Shown: positions 1 through 18,022, numbered from the stretch's first letter. The stretch: 64,000 bases of DNA from Octopus vulgaris (GCA_951406725.2 OX597821.1:110918001-110982000), one strand, 5' to 3'. Numbers and translations are program-made. Notes: a model not told the origin generated them from the letters alone.

Positions 1-60
1 ACAAACAGAAAAAGAAATATCGTACGACAAAAGCCGCTGTAAAAGCAACACCATCAACAC

Positions 61-86
61 TTCTAGCAGCAGCAGCAGTAGTAGCG

Positions 87-151
<65 letters not shown>

Positions 152-201
152 GGTGGTGGTGGTGGTGGTGGTGGTGGCAATGGTGGTGGTGGCGGCGGCA
201 T

Positions 202-246
<45 letters not shown>

Positions 247-278
247 CGGCAGCAGCAGCAGCAGTAGTAGTTGTAGTT

Positions 279-351
<73 letters not shown>

Positions 352-760
352 CAGAAGCAATAGTAGTAGTGGCGGTGGTGGTGGTGGTGGTGGTGGTGGT
401 GGTGGTGGTGGTGGTAGTGTTGGCGGTGGCACAAGAACAACAAAAATAGCTCTAACAACAACAAGTGCGAAAACAGCAATATTAGTGTAACATGCAACGG
501 CCTCACCTGCAGCAGCAACAACAACAGCGTTAAGAACAGCAGTACACTACGTGTTGTAACAGCAACAACAGCAGGCGTTGCAGCAACAAAAACAACAACA
601 ATAACAACAGGAAGCGACGGTGCAGCTGCAGCAGCTGCAGCAGCAGCAACAACAGCTGCAGCAGCAACAACAGCTGCTGCAGCAGCAACAGGTGCAGCAG
701 CAACAACAGCCGCTGCAGCAACAACTGCAGTTGCAGAAGATGCAACTGGTAGCTGCAGTA
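61..760. repeat. Compound trinucleotide microsatellite block (TAG/TGG/CAG/CAA)
   Basis: Long (TAG)n, (TGG)n and (CAG/CAA)n runs. The poly-V, poly-Y and poly-Q ORFs are translations of these runs. Confidence 0.95.
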
Positions 761-883
761 GTTAAAACAATAACACATTATGAATGTGCATGTGTTCGTA
801 TCTGCTGTTGTATGGTGTGACATTAAAAATGCACATTCGTTGGTGTATTGGTGCACACAAGGAAGGACAACGGTAGCTAGACG

Positions 884-1408
884 AAGCCAATGTGCAGACT
901 TACGGTTTGCCAAAAAGAGCAGCTATATTATCAAAATAAAAACGTTCTAAAAACGGGAAGGACATGTGGGATAATGTTGTTAAAAAGACACCGTGCGTAA
1001 AATATGACGGGATGGTCACAGATGGAAAGATTCCATTCAAGATTGCTCATTCAATGCAAAACAAAGCCAATGTGCAGACTTTCAGTTTGCTAGAAAGAGC
1101 AGCTAAATTAACAAAATAATTTTCTGCCCAACGTTCTAAAATCAGAAAGGACATGTGGGATAATGCTGCTACAAAAACACTGTGCGTAAAATTTGACGGG
1201 ATTGTCACGGATGGAAAGATTTATTTCAAGTTTGCTCATTCAGTCCAAAACTAAGTCAATATATGGACTTTCAGTTTGCCAGAAAGAGCAGCTAAATTAT
1301 TAAAATAAAACGAGAAGAACATGTTGGATAATGTTGCTGATAAAACTGTGCATAAAATCTGACGGGGTAGTCACAGACGGAAGGGCTTGATTCAAGTTTG
1401 CTCATTCA
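884..1408 (+). repeat. Diverged tandem repeat, 3 units of ~160-190 bp
   Basis: Units start with AAGCCAATGTGCAGACT-like sequence at 884, 1064 and 1253. Each contains GAGCAGCTA, ACATGT(G/T)GGATAATG and TTCAAG(A/T)TTGCTCATTCA. Confidence 0.9.
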
Positions 1409-1799
1409 GGGCTCATGTAATGCTAATCAACCCATAACGATAATGATAGTTACATCATAACGCCGCCAACAGTTGCAATACAGAAGAGTTTTTGCGCAAA
1501 TATTTAGAACATTGCAACGAAATCAACTTGCAACACAACTGCAAGGCTGCAACACAACGGCAGCAACAAGAAGTGCAACGGCAAAAAAGTTGCAACTCTT
1601 CAACAAAAGCAGAAATGACAGTCACAAGTGCAGTAATAACTTAGAAGAGAATAAGTCACAAGTGCAGTAATAACTTAGAAGAGAAAACGGCAAAATGATT
1701 GCAGCTGCAACAGAAGCAGCATACTGCAATTTGTCAGGTTGTGCAGCAGGTATTATTCTAAAATAGCAACGGTACTTTAGTAGGGGTACTCTACTGGCG

Positions 1800-5820
<4,021 letters not shown>

Positions 5821-5873
5821 ACATCAGTCAGTTTGTTACAAGGCATTGTAAGAATCTCAGCTGGATATTTCAG

Positions 5874-5912
5874 ATACGTGCAACCGCAGCCGATGGACAC
5901 TTTTAAACCGTG
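5874..5912 (+). other. Possible 39-nt micro-exon
   Basis: Short complex sequence between repeat blocks, with tttcag| acceptor and GTG|gttagt donor. Length is divisible by 3 and two frames are open (YVQPQPMDTFKP or TCNRSRWTLLNR). No homology recognised. Confidence 0.2.
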
Positions 5913-5925
5913 GTTAGTACCATTG

Positions 5926-6010
5926 TCTCTCTCTCTTTCTCTTTCTTCTGTTTTCTCTTTCTTCTCTTTCTTTTTCTCTTTACCTTTCTGCTAAGGTCTC
6001 TCTCTCTCTC

Positions 6011-6067
<57 letters not shown>

Positions 6068-6304
6068 TACGCACACGCATGCATCCACAAATTCTCTCCG
6101 TTTTTCTTTACCGTAACGTATAAGCCTTTTTATTCCTTCCCTTCTCTGTCTCTCTCTCTCTATTTCTTTCTTTTTCTCTCTCACTCTGTCTTTCTCTTTC
6201 ACGCGCGCACTCACCTATTCTATCTGTTTCTTTCTGTCTCTTTCTCTTCGTGTGAAAGCCTCTTTCTGTCTTTCTCTTTCACGCACTCACGCAAATCCTC
6301 TCTC

Positions 6305-6383
<79 letters not shown>

Positions 6384-6455
6384 CTTTTACCGTGCATGTG
6401 CATGCGTCTCTCTCTCTCTCTCTCTCTCTCGTTCTTTTTCGTTGTCTTTTAACAT

Positions 6456-6492
<37 letters not shown>

Positions 6493-6600
6493 TTCTCTCT
6501 GTCACACACACACACACACGCACACGCATGCACTCTCTCACTCTCTCTCTCATTCTTTTTCGTTGTCTTCTAGTATCTATTCTCTCTCTCTTTCTCAGGT

Positions 6601-6640
<40 letters not shown>

Positions 6641-6643
6641 ACA

Positions 6644-6676
<33 letters not shown>

Positions 6677-7297
6677 GGACTCTCTCTTTCTCTTGTCCAT
6701 TAACCTCTCTTATTCTCTTTTTTCTCACATCCAGACACCCCTCATCGCACGCCTGTCTGTCTCACCCAATCATTCTCTCTTTTGTTTCCTATGCACACAC
6801 TCACACACACACACACACCGAATACCCGCTACGGTCGCTACCCCCAACAAAAGTAAGAATAACAAACGCCAACATCAACAACACTGCAACCACCACCACC
6901 ACCACCACCTCCACCACCATCACAACTGACTACGCCGTTGCAACTCTCACTATCACCACCATCATCATCATCACCACCATCATTATCATTATCATCGCCA
7001 TCATCATCACCGTCGATGACACCACCTCCGCCAGCACCATTGCCACCACCATCACCACTAATGACGACAACAACAACAACAATACCTACAACAACGTCCA
7101 CCCCGATCAACTTCTCTGCGGCAACTATCGCCGCCACCATCACCACCACCAGGCTGCTGTCAACACCATCAACATCATCACCTTCACCTATACCAACGCC
7201 CCATTGAAAAGATACGAGACCAACCCTTCCCCACCACCAAAAAAAACGATACAAGAACTACTACTACCACCACTATTACTACTACTACTACTACTAC

Positions 7298-7328
<31 letters not shown>

Positions 7329-7819
7329 GCTATTCTGCTATTGCTATTACTACTACTACTTCTGCAACTACTACTACTAATACTACTACCACTGCTGCTA
7401 CTACTACTACTGATATATCAACGATAGACACTAGAAGTAGTACAACTACAATGTCAACACCAAAGACTTAATATTATCTACTAGAAGCAATTCTCCAACT
7501 TGGTTGGTTGGTTGCATACTTGCTTAATTACTTGGCTAGTCGATTGTTTGTTTGTCTGTTTGTTTGTTTGTTTGGTTGGTTGGTTGTTTGGTTGGTTGGT
7601 TGGTTGGTTGGTTGGTTGGTTGGTTGGTTGGTTGGTTGGTTGGTTGACTCATTTACTTCGCTAGCTGATTGCTAACTCAGTTGGCGAGTTGGTTGCCTGC
7701 TTGCTTGCTTGCTTGCTTGTTTGTTTGTTTGCTAGTTTAGTTGATTGCTTGGTTAATTGATGAGTAGGTAAGTTGGTCGATTGTCAGGTTAGATTTTGGA
7801 TTGCCTGGATTGTTGGTTC

Positions 7820-7856
<37 letters not shown>

Positions 7857-8575
7857 CCGTTTGCCTAGCTGGCCTAGTTACCGGCTGGTTGATTGTTTGC
7901 CTGGCTGATTGCTTGGCTGGCCGGTTTCATGGCTGGCTTATTTCTTGGCTGGCTGCTTGGTTGGTTGGTCGGTCGATTGGTTGACTGGTCGGTCGGTCGG
8001 TTGGTTGGTTGGTTGGTTGGTTAATTGCTTGCTTGCTTGGTGTATTAGTGGGTCCATTCATTCGTTTGTTAATAAGTCACTAAGTTGGCTATCAGATCAA
8101 TTTGATTATCTAGTCGGTTGTTTGTTTAATTAGTTACTTGCTTATTGGCTAGCTGACTGACTGGCTGGCTGGCTTGCTTGCTAACTGGCTTGCTTGCTTA
8201 CTTGCCTATTTTGTTAGCAGGTTAGTAACATACTCTGCAAGCAACATATCGCCCTTACAACAATAATAATCTGCTCATAACGAGTCATAGTCGCCGACAG
8301 CAGTAACAAGCAGTTTTCGGGTAGCGAAGTTGAATCAACGGGGGTGGAATGACAAAAGCAAATATTCTGACATATTGCATACTACCATCTTGCTACTTTC
8401 TTTCTTTCCTTTTTTCCTTCTTTTCTTCATTATTTTTCTTTCTTTCTTCCTTCTGTTCTTTCATCCTTTCGCCGTATTTGGGGTTTTTCTCCTCTTCCCT
8501 TTTCGCTTTCTTCGAAACAAGGTACCTATCTACCTTCCTTCAATAATCTCTATGATGCATAAAAACACTTACATA

Positions 8576-8635
<60 letters not shown>

Positions 8636-8734
8636 CATGCATATATATATACACACATATAATATACATATATATATGTACGTGTATATATGTCTACATA
8701 TCTCTATAATTTATATACATAGAGATATATATGA

Positions 8735-8775
<41 letters not shown>

Positions 8776-9010
8776 CACACACATATATATACCTTCATAT
8801 ATATACATACATATATATGTATCAATATATGCATGCATGTATGTATGTATGTATATTTGTATGCATGTGTCTATGTGTATAATTATAAGCATGTGTATAC
8901 ATATATATTATGTGTGTGTGTGTGTGTGTGTGTGTGTATGCTTTCACGTGTGTATGTGATATAGACAAACCAGATTAAAGATTTTTCTTTCGTTTGCTTT
9001 CTTGTGTCAT

Positions 9011-9047
<37 letters not shown>

Positions 9048-9270
9048 TTCTCGCATTCACTTTCTCTCTCTCTCTCTCTCTCTCTTACTTTCTCTCACTC
9101 ACTTTCTCTCTCTCTCTCTCTCTCTCTTACTTTCTCTCACTCACTTTCTCTCTCTCTCTCTCTCACACACACATACACATACACGTTTTTCTTTTTCAAG
9201 ACTAAGTAGCTTTTATTGTTAAACAGAACCAAACATACACACACACACACACACACACACATGCACGTGC
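5926..9270. repeat. Microsatellite cluster (CT, CA, CAC/CAT, TAC, TTGG, TTGC, TA)
   Basis: Consecutive simple-repeat tracts visible directly. Confidence 0.9.
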
Positions 9271-9792
9271 ACGCACACACACACACAAACGATGATGGAG
9301 AGACACACCCATTAGTCTGCTATATGAATGAATCTGGATGGATGGATGGATGCATGGATGGATGCATGCATGCATGGATAAACAGCATGGCCAACAGAGG
9401 AAATGAAAATTGACAAAACAGAATAAGAATATTAATGAAGCGAAATAAAAATGCCCATGGAGAGAAAATAGTCCCCAAAAGAACCGATAAAACATAAGAT
9501 AGATAGAGGAAGAGAGAAGGACGAAAAATCTGCCACATCGAACGATAAACTTTAAAAAAACATGCATAGATGATACAGACTTAAAAACAAAACAGAAGCC
9601 GGCTTGGTTGCGTGGTTAAGACGTTCGATTAGCAAGCACGTGGTTTTTGGTTCAGTTCCACAGCGAAGCACCTTTTTACATACACATTTGTACACTCACA
9701 GATAGATAGATAGATTGCAATCGTCGTTCTTTTCTTTGACTCGAAAAGGAAGTACTAATGTCTATCTATTTACCTGCCTCTCGTTCAGCCGG

Positions 9793-9914
<122 letters not shown>

Positions 9915-10249
9915 CATGTATGTATGCAGACATATCTACACAAAACCTAAAAATACTAGAGTTTTCGAAGAAAGAGCAAAAGAAAGTAACGAGAGTCCTC
10001 CAAATCTAATCTCGTGTAAGTGGCACAGTGAAGTTCTGTATGACATTCCGAAGATTCTCCATCTGAGATTCTTTAGAGGAATAGCTGCACACACTTGGGT
10101 GTGTGCGTCGACAGCTCAAACAACACACCAACTCAATCACATATTTTACAAATACCGAGAACTCTCTTAACTTGAAAAGTCTTGTTACTTTGCTAGCGAT
10201 CGGCTTCAACTCCCTTAAGAAGAACTTAATAAATCTCAAAGAAAAACAT

Positions 10250-10700
10250 ACGTACATAGTTCGCATTGCAACCAAGTGGTTGCAAGTTCAATCCCATTAA
10301 TAGGTACCTTGAGCAAGTCTCTTCTATTATAGCTCCTGTCCGATTAATGCGCTCTGAGTGGATTTGCTAGACAGAAGCTGGAAGACACCTGTCACGCAGT
10401 GCCATCTAAAGGTACGAGCTAAGTGGGAAGTTACCCATGGGCTGCACGGGTGTAAGGGCCCAACCGTGATTTACGTATACAGTGGCTTGCTGTTAATAAA
10501 TAATGCATTGATTTGCCCGTGGGGCTATGATGCTGTTAAGACGGTTCTGCCGTTGTGTGTGTGTGTGTGTGTGTGTTTGCGTTTGACCCCCTGGGACCGC
10601 TTGACAAACGGTGCTGCTTTGGTCTGGAGTCGATTAAAAATTCCTTGGAGATGGTGTCTCGGCATAGTTGCAGTCACGTGGCTGAAATAAAGTAAGAGAA
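10250..10700 (+). mobile_element. Degenerate SINE family A copy with an internal insertion
   Basis: Diverged matches to the family A body (GGATTTG..AGAC.GAA.CTG, internal (TG)n, CCGCTTGACAA, GCAGTCA..TG.CTGAAA). Confidence 0.6.
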
Positions 10701-10743
10701 TGAAGGAATACGTACAAACGTGATTCCAGTGTTTTTACGGAGG

Positions 10744-10771
<28 letters not shown>

Positions 10772-10775
<4 letters not shown>

Positions 10776-11108
10776 GGTGGACTGGGTCTAAAGAGATATT
10801 GATTGCCAGGAGACGAAAGGAGCCCACCTGCAACAACAAGGGGGCCCACCCGCAACTACAATGGAGCCCACACGACTCTACTATGCTATTATATAATCTT
10901 TTTTTTTTTTTTGTGAAAAGTATTCTTTTCAACTGTCTACAAACACAGGCTGAAATAATTAATGCATTCTTCTAGGAGTGAATAAAAATTCTCAAACTTG
11001 AGGGGATGGGCCCCTTAGATACTACCATGGGCCCCCATATATAGATTCTAATGGCGCAGGGGCCCACTTGCCATCGGGTAAGCTGGCAACCTGACCAGTA
11101 CGACACTG
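10772..11108. mobile_element. hAT-like MITE
   Basis: Imperfect TIRs gAGTGGTGGACTGG / CCAGTACGACACTG, repeated GGGCCC subterminal motifs, and 8-bp flanks CACACACA / CATACACA (one mismatch). Confidence 0.65.
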
Positions 11109-11135
11109 CATACACACATTGACAAGCACATACAT

Positions 11136-11204
<69 letters not shown>

Positions 11205-11319
11205 TACTTCTTCTACCACAGGGCTATGTTAAGGCTATAAGTCGCTTATCTTACACTCAATCAGTATCACGCTGATCCTGACTGGTTGTTACGTTAAGCG
11301 CACAAGCGTCTACGTACGG

Positions 11320-11612
11320 AATACTCAGCGTGACACCTTCGGCAAGATGCTTCTGGGTGGATTTGGTAGGCAGAAACTTAAAGAAGCTTGTCGTGTATAT
11401 GTATATGTATGTGTGATCACCTTTTTGCTTGTGTTTGACCTCTACCAATGCTTGACAACCGGTGTTGGTGTGTTTACGCCCCTTTAAATTAGTGGTTCAG
11501 CAGAAGAGACCGATAGAACAAATGCCAGGTTTTAAAAGATTAAGTACTGGTGTCGATTCGTTTGGCCAAAGTTCTTCAGGGCGGGGCTCCAGTATGGCCG
11601 CGGTCTAATGAC
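11320..11612 (+). mobile_element. SINE family A, degenerate and 5'-truncated
   Basis: GGATTTGGTAGGCAGAAACT, GCTTGACAACCGGTGTTGG, GAGACCGATAGAA and CCAGTATGGCCGC match other copies. Confidence 0.75.
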
Positions 11613-11652
11613 ATATATATATATATATCCCTCAGGTTCACTCTCTCATCTT

Positions 11653-11700
11653 GTCTCTGGTGAAGGGATATCCCTAACATCTCAGAAACAGCTGTAAGAC
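11653..11700 (+). ncRNA. Minimal type I hammerhead ribozyme-like motif in a Penelope-like terminus (element ~11628-11770)
   Basis: GTCT-CTGGTGA-A-[GGGAT...ATCTC]-A-GAAA-CAGCTG-TA-AGAC: stem I GTCT/AGAC, palindromic stem III, GUA site. A decayed relative lies near 54425-54470. Confidence 0.6.
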
Positions 11701-11846
11701 TAACATTCTCTTTATAAATGTCCTGAAAATTCCACACAGCCTTGGCTTTGTTGGCTCATTTTATTTAACACTCACACACACATACATATATACATACATA
11801 CATACATGCATAATACATACATACACACACACACAGGCACACACAC

Positions 11847-11902
<56 letters not shown>

Positions 11903-12027
11903 CAGCCGAAATTGCGAGGATGATCCGGTTCTTGACTGAAGATTGAAGGCTTCGAATGTCCCGTCCGTGTTTTTTGTATCGTCTTCTAAATGTTTTACGT
12001 TCTTATCCCAGTTTGTATTTTTCTACA

Positions 12028-12115
<88 letters not shown>

Positions 12116-12402
12116 AATATATTCAAATATGAATTAGAAGCAACGCTAGTGTTGTAAGCATTAGTGAAAACAAATTTTCGATGCATGCTCTTTGCTTGTT
12201 CGCCGGTAAGCTGCATGGCGCAGTGGCGATCACTCAACCAAAGCGCCAAGTGTTAAGACACATACACACATATATATGTGTGTGTGTGTGTGTGTGCGTG
12301 TGTATACACACACACACATACACATACACACACATATGTGTGTGTGTGTGTGTAACATGTAGACGTTCAAACATACCCGCATACAATCAAACAGATGAAA
12401 AG

Positions 12403-12448
<46 letters not shown>

Positions 12449-12489
12449 AGATAGATAGATAGATAGATAGATAGAAGATAGATAGATAT

Positions 12490-12589
<100 letters not shown>

Positions 12590-12614
12590 AGATAGATAGA
12601 TAGATAGATAGATA

Positions 12615-13248
12615 TGTTTCTTTATTAGCCACACAGGGCTGCACACAGATAGAACAAATTACAAGGTAGAGCTTTTCTTTTGAAGGTTTAAGAAAAAAAG
12701 AAAAAAAAAAAGGAAGGGGAGTTTCGATCAAAAGGGATCGTAAAATGAGAGAAAGAGGACAAAAAAAGGGGGTTTAAAAAAAAAAAAAAAAAAAAAGGGG
12801 GGGGGGAAATTGATCAATAGGGATCGTTATCACAGAAATGTCAATATGAAGTGTAAAGGGGAGGACAGGTGAGGTTTACCCGTGCAAAGAAAAGCCTACG
12901 GAAAAGACCACGGTAACCTCGGTCAATGATGTCACATTTTATATTTTTTTTTTTTTTTTTTGCAAATAAGCAACTCTCTGTTTTCGATTTCTGGGTTCAT
13001 AGGACTATGCTCAAGGTGGCTTCGTCATTCATACGTGCCATTCTTGCTACATTCACCCATCTTTTTTTAAAACATTCGCTAGACAAAACTTGCCTCTCTA
13101 CTCTCACTTTCCTTTTCAAGTGGTACTTGAAGTTGATGAGAGATTGACCAGAGAGGAAAGTGTTTGTCTCCAATCCTTTCAGACGCGTCCACCAGATACA
13201 TTCTTTCGCCATAGCCACAAGGATGATGAAAATAGCTCTTCCTTCCCG
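12615..13248 (-). mobile_element. 5'-truncated Tx1/L1-clade LINE (ORF2 C-terminus plus 3' UTR) inside (GATA)n
   Basis: Open frame 12997-13248 reads REGRAIFIILVAMAKECIWWTR...FKYHLKRKVRVER...FKKRW, resembling Tx1 ORF2 C-termini. The 3' UTR ends AATAAAGAAACA, and (GATA)n lies on both flanks. Confidence 0.75.
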
Positions 13249-13275
13249 TAGATAGATAGATAGATAGATAGATAG

Positions 13276-13344
<69 letters not shown>

Positions 13345-16279
13345 GCAGAAACTATACAAAACAAAAACGACTTGAAAAATGAAACAGCTGACAGCCAAAC
13401 AGACAGACAGGCTGACAGCAACACATTGACAGACAGACAGACAGTAGAAACGATTTTACCTTATCTCGCTCAATAACAATACATAAGTATACTGGAGCGG
13501 AACTATACCGTCATGCACACACGCACGTACACACACATGAATAGACAGACAGACAGACAGACGGACGGAAGGAGAGACAGACAGACAGACAGCTAGCTTT
13601 GATTGAAGTGGAACCAGATTGATGGAACAGGAATCGGACTGACTGAATTAGTCAGAAAACTTTCTCTCTCTCCCCTTCTTCTCTTCCTCCTCCTCCTCCT
13701 CCACTTCTCACTCCGCCTCTCATTCTTGTATGTTTCTCTTCGGGTTGTTTTTCTTTCTTTCACTCTTTATTCACGTTTCGTTTGATTGTTGTATTTTTTT
13801 CTCTTTTTTCATCTTTTCCTTTTTTTTTTTTCTTTTTTTTTTTTATTCTTAGAGAATTGTTCAGCTCAGCGAATGAAGAAGTTTTGAAATGAAAAAAAGA
13901 AGAGAAGAAAAATAAGAAAAATAACAATAATAATAACAACAATAATAACAACGGAGAATGATTTTGATGTAAGAGATCCTTCGGAGATAACAACGATGAT
14001 AATGAATAAATAACAGGGCATCTATGAAAACAAAACAAAAAAAAAAAAACAGAAGACAAAGATGAGGACAATATCGAAATAATTAAATGAGAGCGGGAGA
14101 ATGAAAATATAACACTTTATATAAAGATATAACTAAACAACGAAAAAAGATCAAACTTCGAAGAAAATTGGAGAATGAAATAAAAGCATTATTTTTTAAC
14201 GCCATGCTTACGAAAGATACGGGCTGAGTCCCACAAGGATCCTTCGATATTTTCTACGCAAACGAGTCTTTTAATCTGATATTTATACGCTCTTATCTAC
14301 AGCTTTTCAACCTTTGAAAATATGTTCTTAAATATTTGTCTTTTTTTTTGTTATTTAAACACACGCCGCAAGGATAGCATAAAGGAAAACAGCAAAAAAA
14401 AATTTTTTTTTTTAAAGTTGTGAGTTTCGTGGAAGGGAAATAAATGTACATAGGTATATATAAACAAAAGGAACAGGAGGAAAAAAAGGAAGTAATTTAA
14501 TAAAGAATCTAAGACAAGTATTTGAAAAAGGTTTTAAACTTCAAAAGTTTTGCAGGCAGAAAAGGGAAGAAGAGAGAAGGATGAGGAAGAGTATGATAGA
14601 GAAACGGAATCAAAATTGAATAAAGCATCGTTTAGTCTACAGGTCGATTGAAGTGATTGATTGAGTAATTGATTGGTCCTTAGCGTATAACTGGTACTTA
14701 CTCATTTGCTTAATTATGTAAATTGAAATCGTTGGTACAATTTGCACATACGAATATACACAGGCAAATCCAAGAACAAAGAAAAAACAACAAAATTCAA
14801 TTGGGCGCACACAAGGAATATATTAGATTGATGTCTAGTAAAAGTTTTAGATGGGAACATACAAGTGGAAATGACGTTTCGAGCATGGCTCTTCGTCCGA
14901 TAGAGAGAAAAGTCCAGAGAAGAAGAAAAGAAGGAAGGAGTAGATAGTCCCATACATAGAAACATACATACATACATATATACATACATACAGACAGACA
15001 GACAGACAGACAGACGTACATGTGTACGTATCTACCTATGTGCGCAAGCATTTATGTATTTGTACAGGAACGGTTAAAAATGGAAAGAAGGCGAAAGATT
15101 AGACCAGGAGGGATGTTGAGTGGAGCTACAGATTACGATCGAAGGATGATAAAATAAAAAAAAGACAAAGAATACTCCAAAAAGTAACTTTTTATAACCA
15201 AAACATCGGTGCAGCTCTCATTTCTACAAATTAGAAAAAAAAAAAAACCACGTGGAAAATATACACGAGAAAACGAGCTCCGAATACAAATATATTTATA
15301 AATATTATGTTATTGAAATTAATAATAACAATATAATTTAAAATTCATTGCTATTATTATTATTATTATTATTATTAATTGCTTAAATTTTATAGCAAAG
15401 TAAAAAAAAAAGTCTTGTCTACTGTAAAAATAAAATGTCTTCTATATGGAAAGAGAGAGGAAAGTAGACAAGTTGTTAATAAACACACACACATATATAT
15501 TTATGTAGACAAATGCTTGCCTATTACATTACATAAATACGTTGCATAAATATATATACCTACATATTATACATTACGTTACGTTCGTGAATTAAAATCG
15601 AGAATTGTTCTTTGGATGTTAAAAAGGAAAACTTGAAAATTCGAAAACTGTTGGATCCGAGTGACTAAATATCGTAAACAAAAACGGATATTAAACTCAC
15701 AGTCGGATTTGAAACCAGTATTTTCCCAACTACTGTCGCCACAAACCAACGCCATCAACAAAACCAACACCACTACTATTTCTACTAATTTCTACCACAA
15801 CTACCAACACCACACTATATATATATTTGTTACACCCTAAACCCCCCGTCCTAAACCCCACCAAACAACTTGGATTATACAAACCATACACCACACTTTT
15901 TTTTTCTTTTCAAACGGAGGACTCAAAAAGCAAAAACAACACTAACTACCACCACCACCAACAACAACAACAACAACAACAACAACACTACTATTATTAC
16001 TACTACTGCTTTTATTATAAGGACTGCTGCGACAACTACTGCTGCCGCTGCAGTTGGGGTAAAGGAAGAACAACAAAACAAAAACAAAATAAACATATGA
16101 ATACGTTCCACATGTAATATTTTTTTCTTTATGAAGCATTCATGGTGACGAAAAACCATTTCATAGCGTGTGTGCGTGTATAATATATATATATATATAT
16201 ATATATAGACATACGCACATACACACACACATACATACAGATATGTAAATATAAAAGGATATATATTACACACGCACAC

Positions 16280-16363
<84 letters not shown>

Positions 16364-17344
16364 TTTACATTGAATAAATACCAGGCTTTTAAAGATATAA
16401 AGTCCTGGGGCCGATATAGTGTGTCGACTAAAATTGCTCAAGGCGGTGCCCCAGTATGGCCGCAGTCTGATTACTACAACAAGTAAAATTAAAGAAAGCG
16501 TACGTAGATTCGTACAAACGTACACACGTACACATACAAATATATATATATATTAGATCTATATATATATATATATATACATACAAACATATGTGTATAA
16601 ACATACACATTCATACATAGACAGACATAAAACACACACACACACACACACACACATACATACAGATATACACAAACGCACACGCACACATGCATACACA
16701 CACACGTCCATAACTTCAAACCGGAAGCCAGGAGATTTATTGTGCTAACTCCACGCGTTTGTTGCACTGCTTTCGTCTGTCAATCTCTCCTCTATTACTT
16801 TCCTCTCTGACTCTCCCCCCTCACTCCCCCTCACTCTCTCTTTCTCTCTCTCTCTCTCTCCCGCCCTTCCTCATGCACTCCCTTCACATCTTTGTGTCCC
16901 CCTCGCTCCCCCTTTCTCTCTCTCTTTCCTATTTCACTCCCGCTCCTTAACTTCTCTCACTTTCCACACACTTCTTGTAATCCTTTCTTCTCTCTATCTC
17001 TCCACTTCGTCTCCTCACCTCTTTCGTACCCCCCCTCTATCTCTTTCTATCCCTCTCACGCCCGCTCTCTCTAATTCTTCCTCTCTCTCTTTCTTTCTCT
17101 CTCACTCCCGCTCTCTCTAATTCTTCCTCTCTCTTTCTTTCTCTCTCTCTCACGCTCGCTCTCTCTCTCTAATTCTTCCTCACTCTCATACACACACACA
17201 CACACACAGACACACATCTACACCCACACTCACACACGATCGACCGTTCAGGTCCTCCTCTCTCACCCACCCCTACCTCCCACCACTACTACTACCACCA
17301 CCGACAACAACAACAACAACGGCAATAAACGAAAGCCTGTCATT

Positions 17345-17458
17345 ATGATACCATTTGCAACTTGCCTGTGTTTTGGTAAACAGGCTCTCTCGTCGTGGCG
17401 TTCGGCGAGCTCGAACACGGCACTTGTCCCTGCCGGGAGCACTTTACCTATTACCGAG
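17345..17458 (+). CDS. Candidate exon of an unidentified host gene (internal 75-nt exon 17384-17458, or first exon from ATG 17345)
   Basis: CpG-rich unique sequence ending in a consensus donor GAG|GTAAGT (17459). An acceptor-like aaacag lies at 17378-17383 and all three frames are open across 17384-17458. It follows a long (CT)n tract. No protein family recognised. Confidence 0.4.
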
Positions 17459-17662
17459 GTAAGTTCAATAGTTTTTATATGGATTTTTTTTTCATTGTTT
17501 TTATTAAAAAAAATTTTTTTTCTTCGTTTCGCTCCTCTTTTCTTATTCTTGCTATCGCCGTTGTTTTTTGTTTTTTTTTTACAGCTTGACTCGAAGAGGA
17601 TGCAATAATGTCTATCTATCTATCTATCTATCTGTCTATCTGTCTATCTATCTATCTATCTA

Positions 17663-17699
<37 letters not shown>

Positions 17700-17822
17700 T
17701 TATCTATCTATTATCTATCTATTTATCTATCTACCTCCCATTTTTCCTCTTTCCCCTCTATCTGCGGTCCCATCTTACTTCCCCTGTATTTACCTCCAAC
17801 TCTCTATGCCTTTCCCTAACTG

Positions 17823-17901
<79 letters not shown>

Positions 17902-17962
17902 GTCTGTCTGTCTGTCTGTCTGTTTATCTATCTATCTATCTACCTATCTATGTAGATAGTTT

Positions 17963-18022
<60 letters not shown>

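Noticed and set aside
15579-15773. 64-aa minus-strand ORF with a signal-peptide-like start
   Set aside because: It has a non-ATG start in low-complexity sequence, and no homology or splice support.
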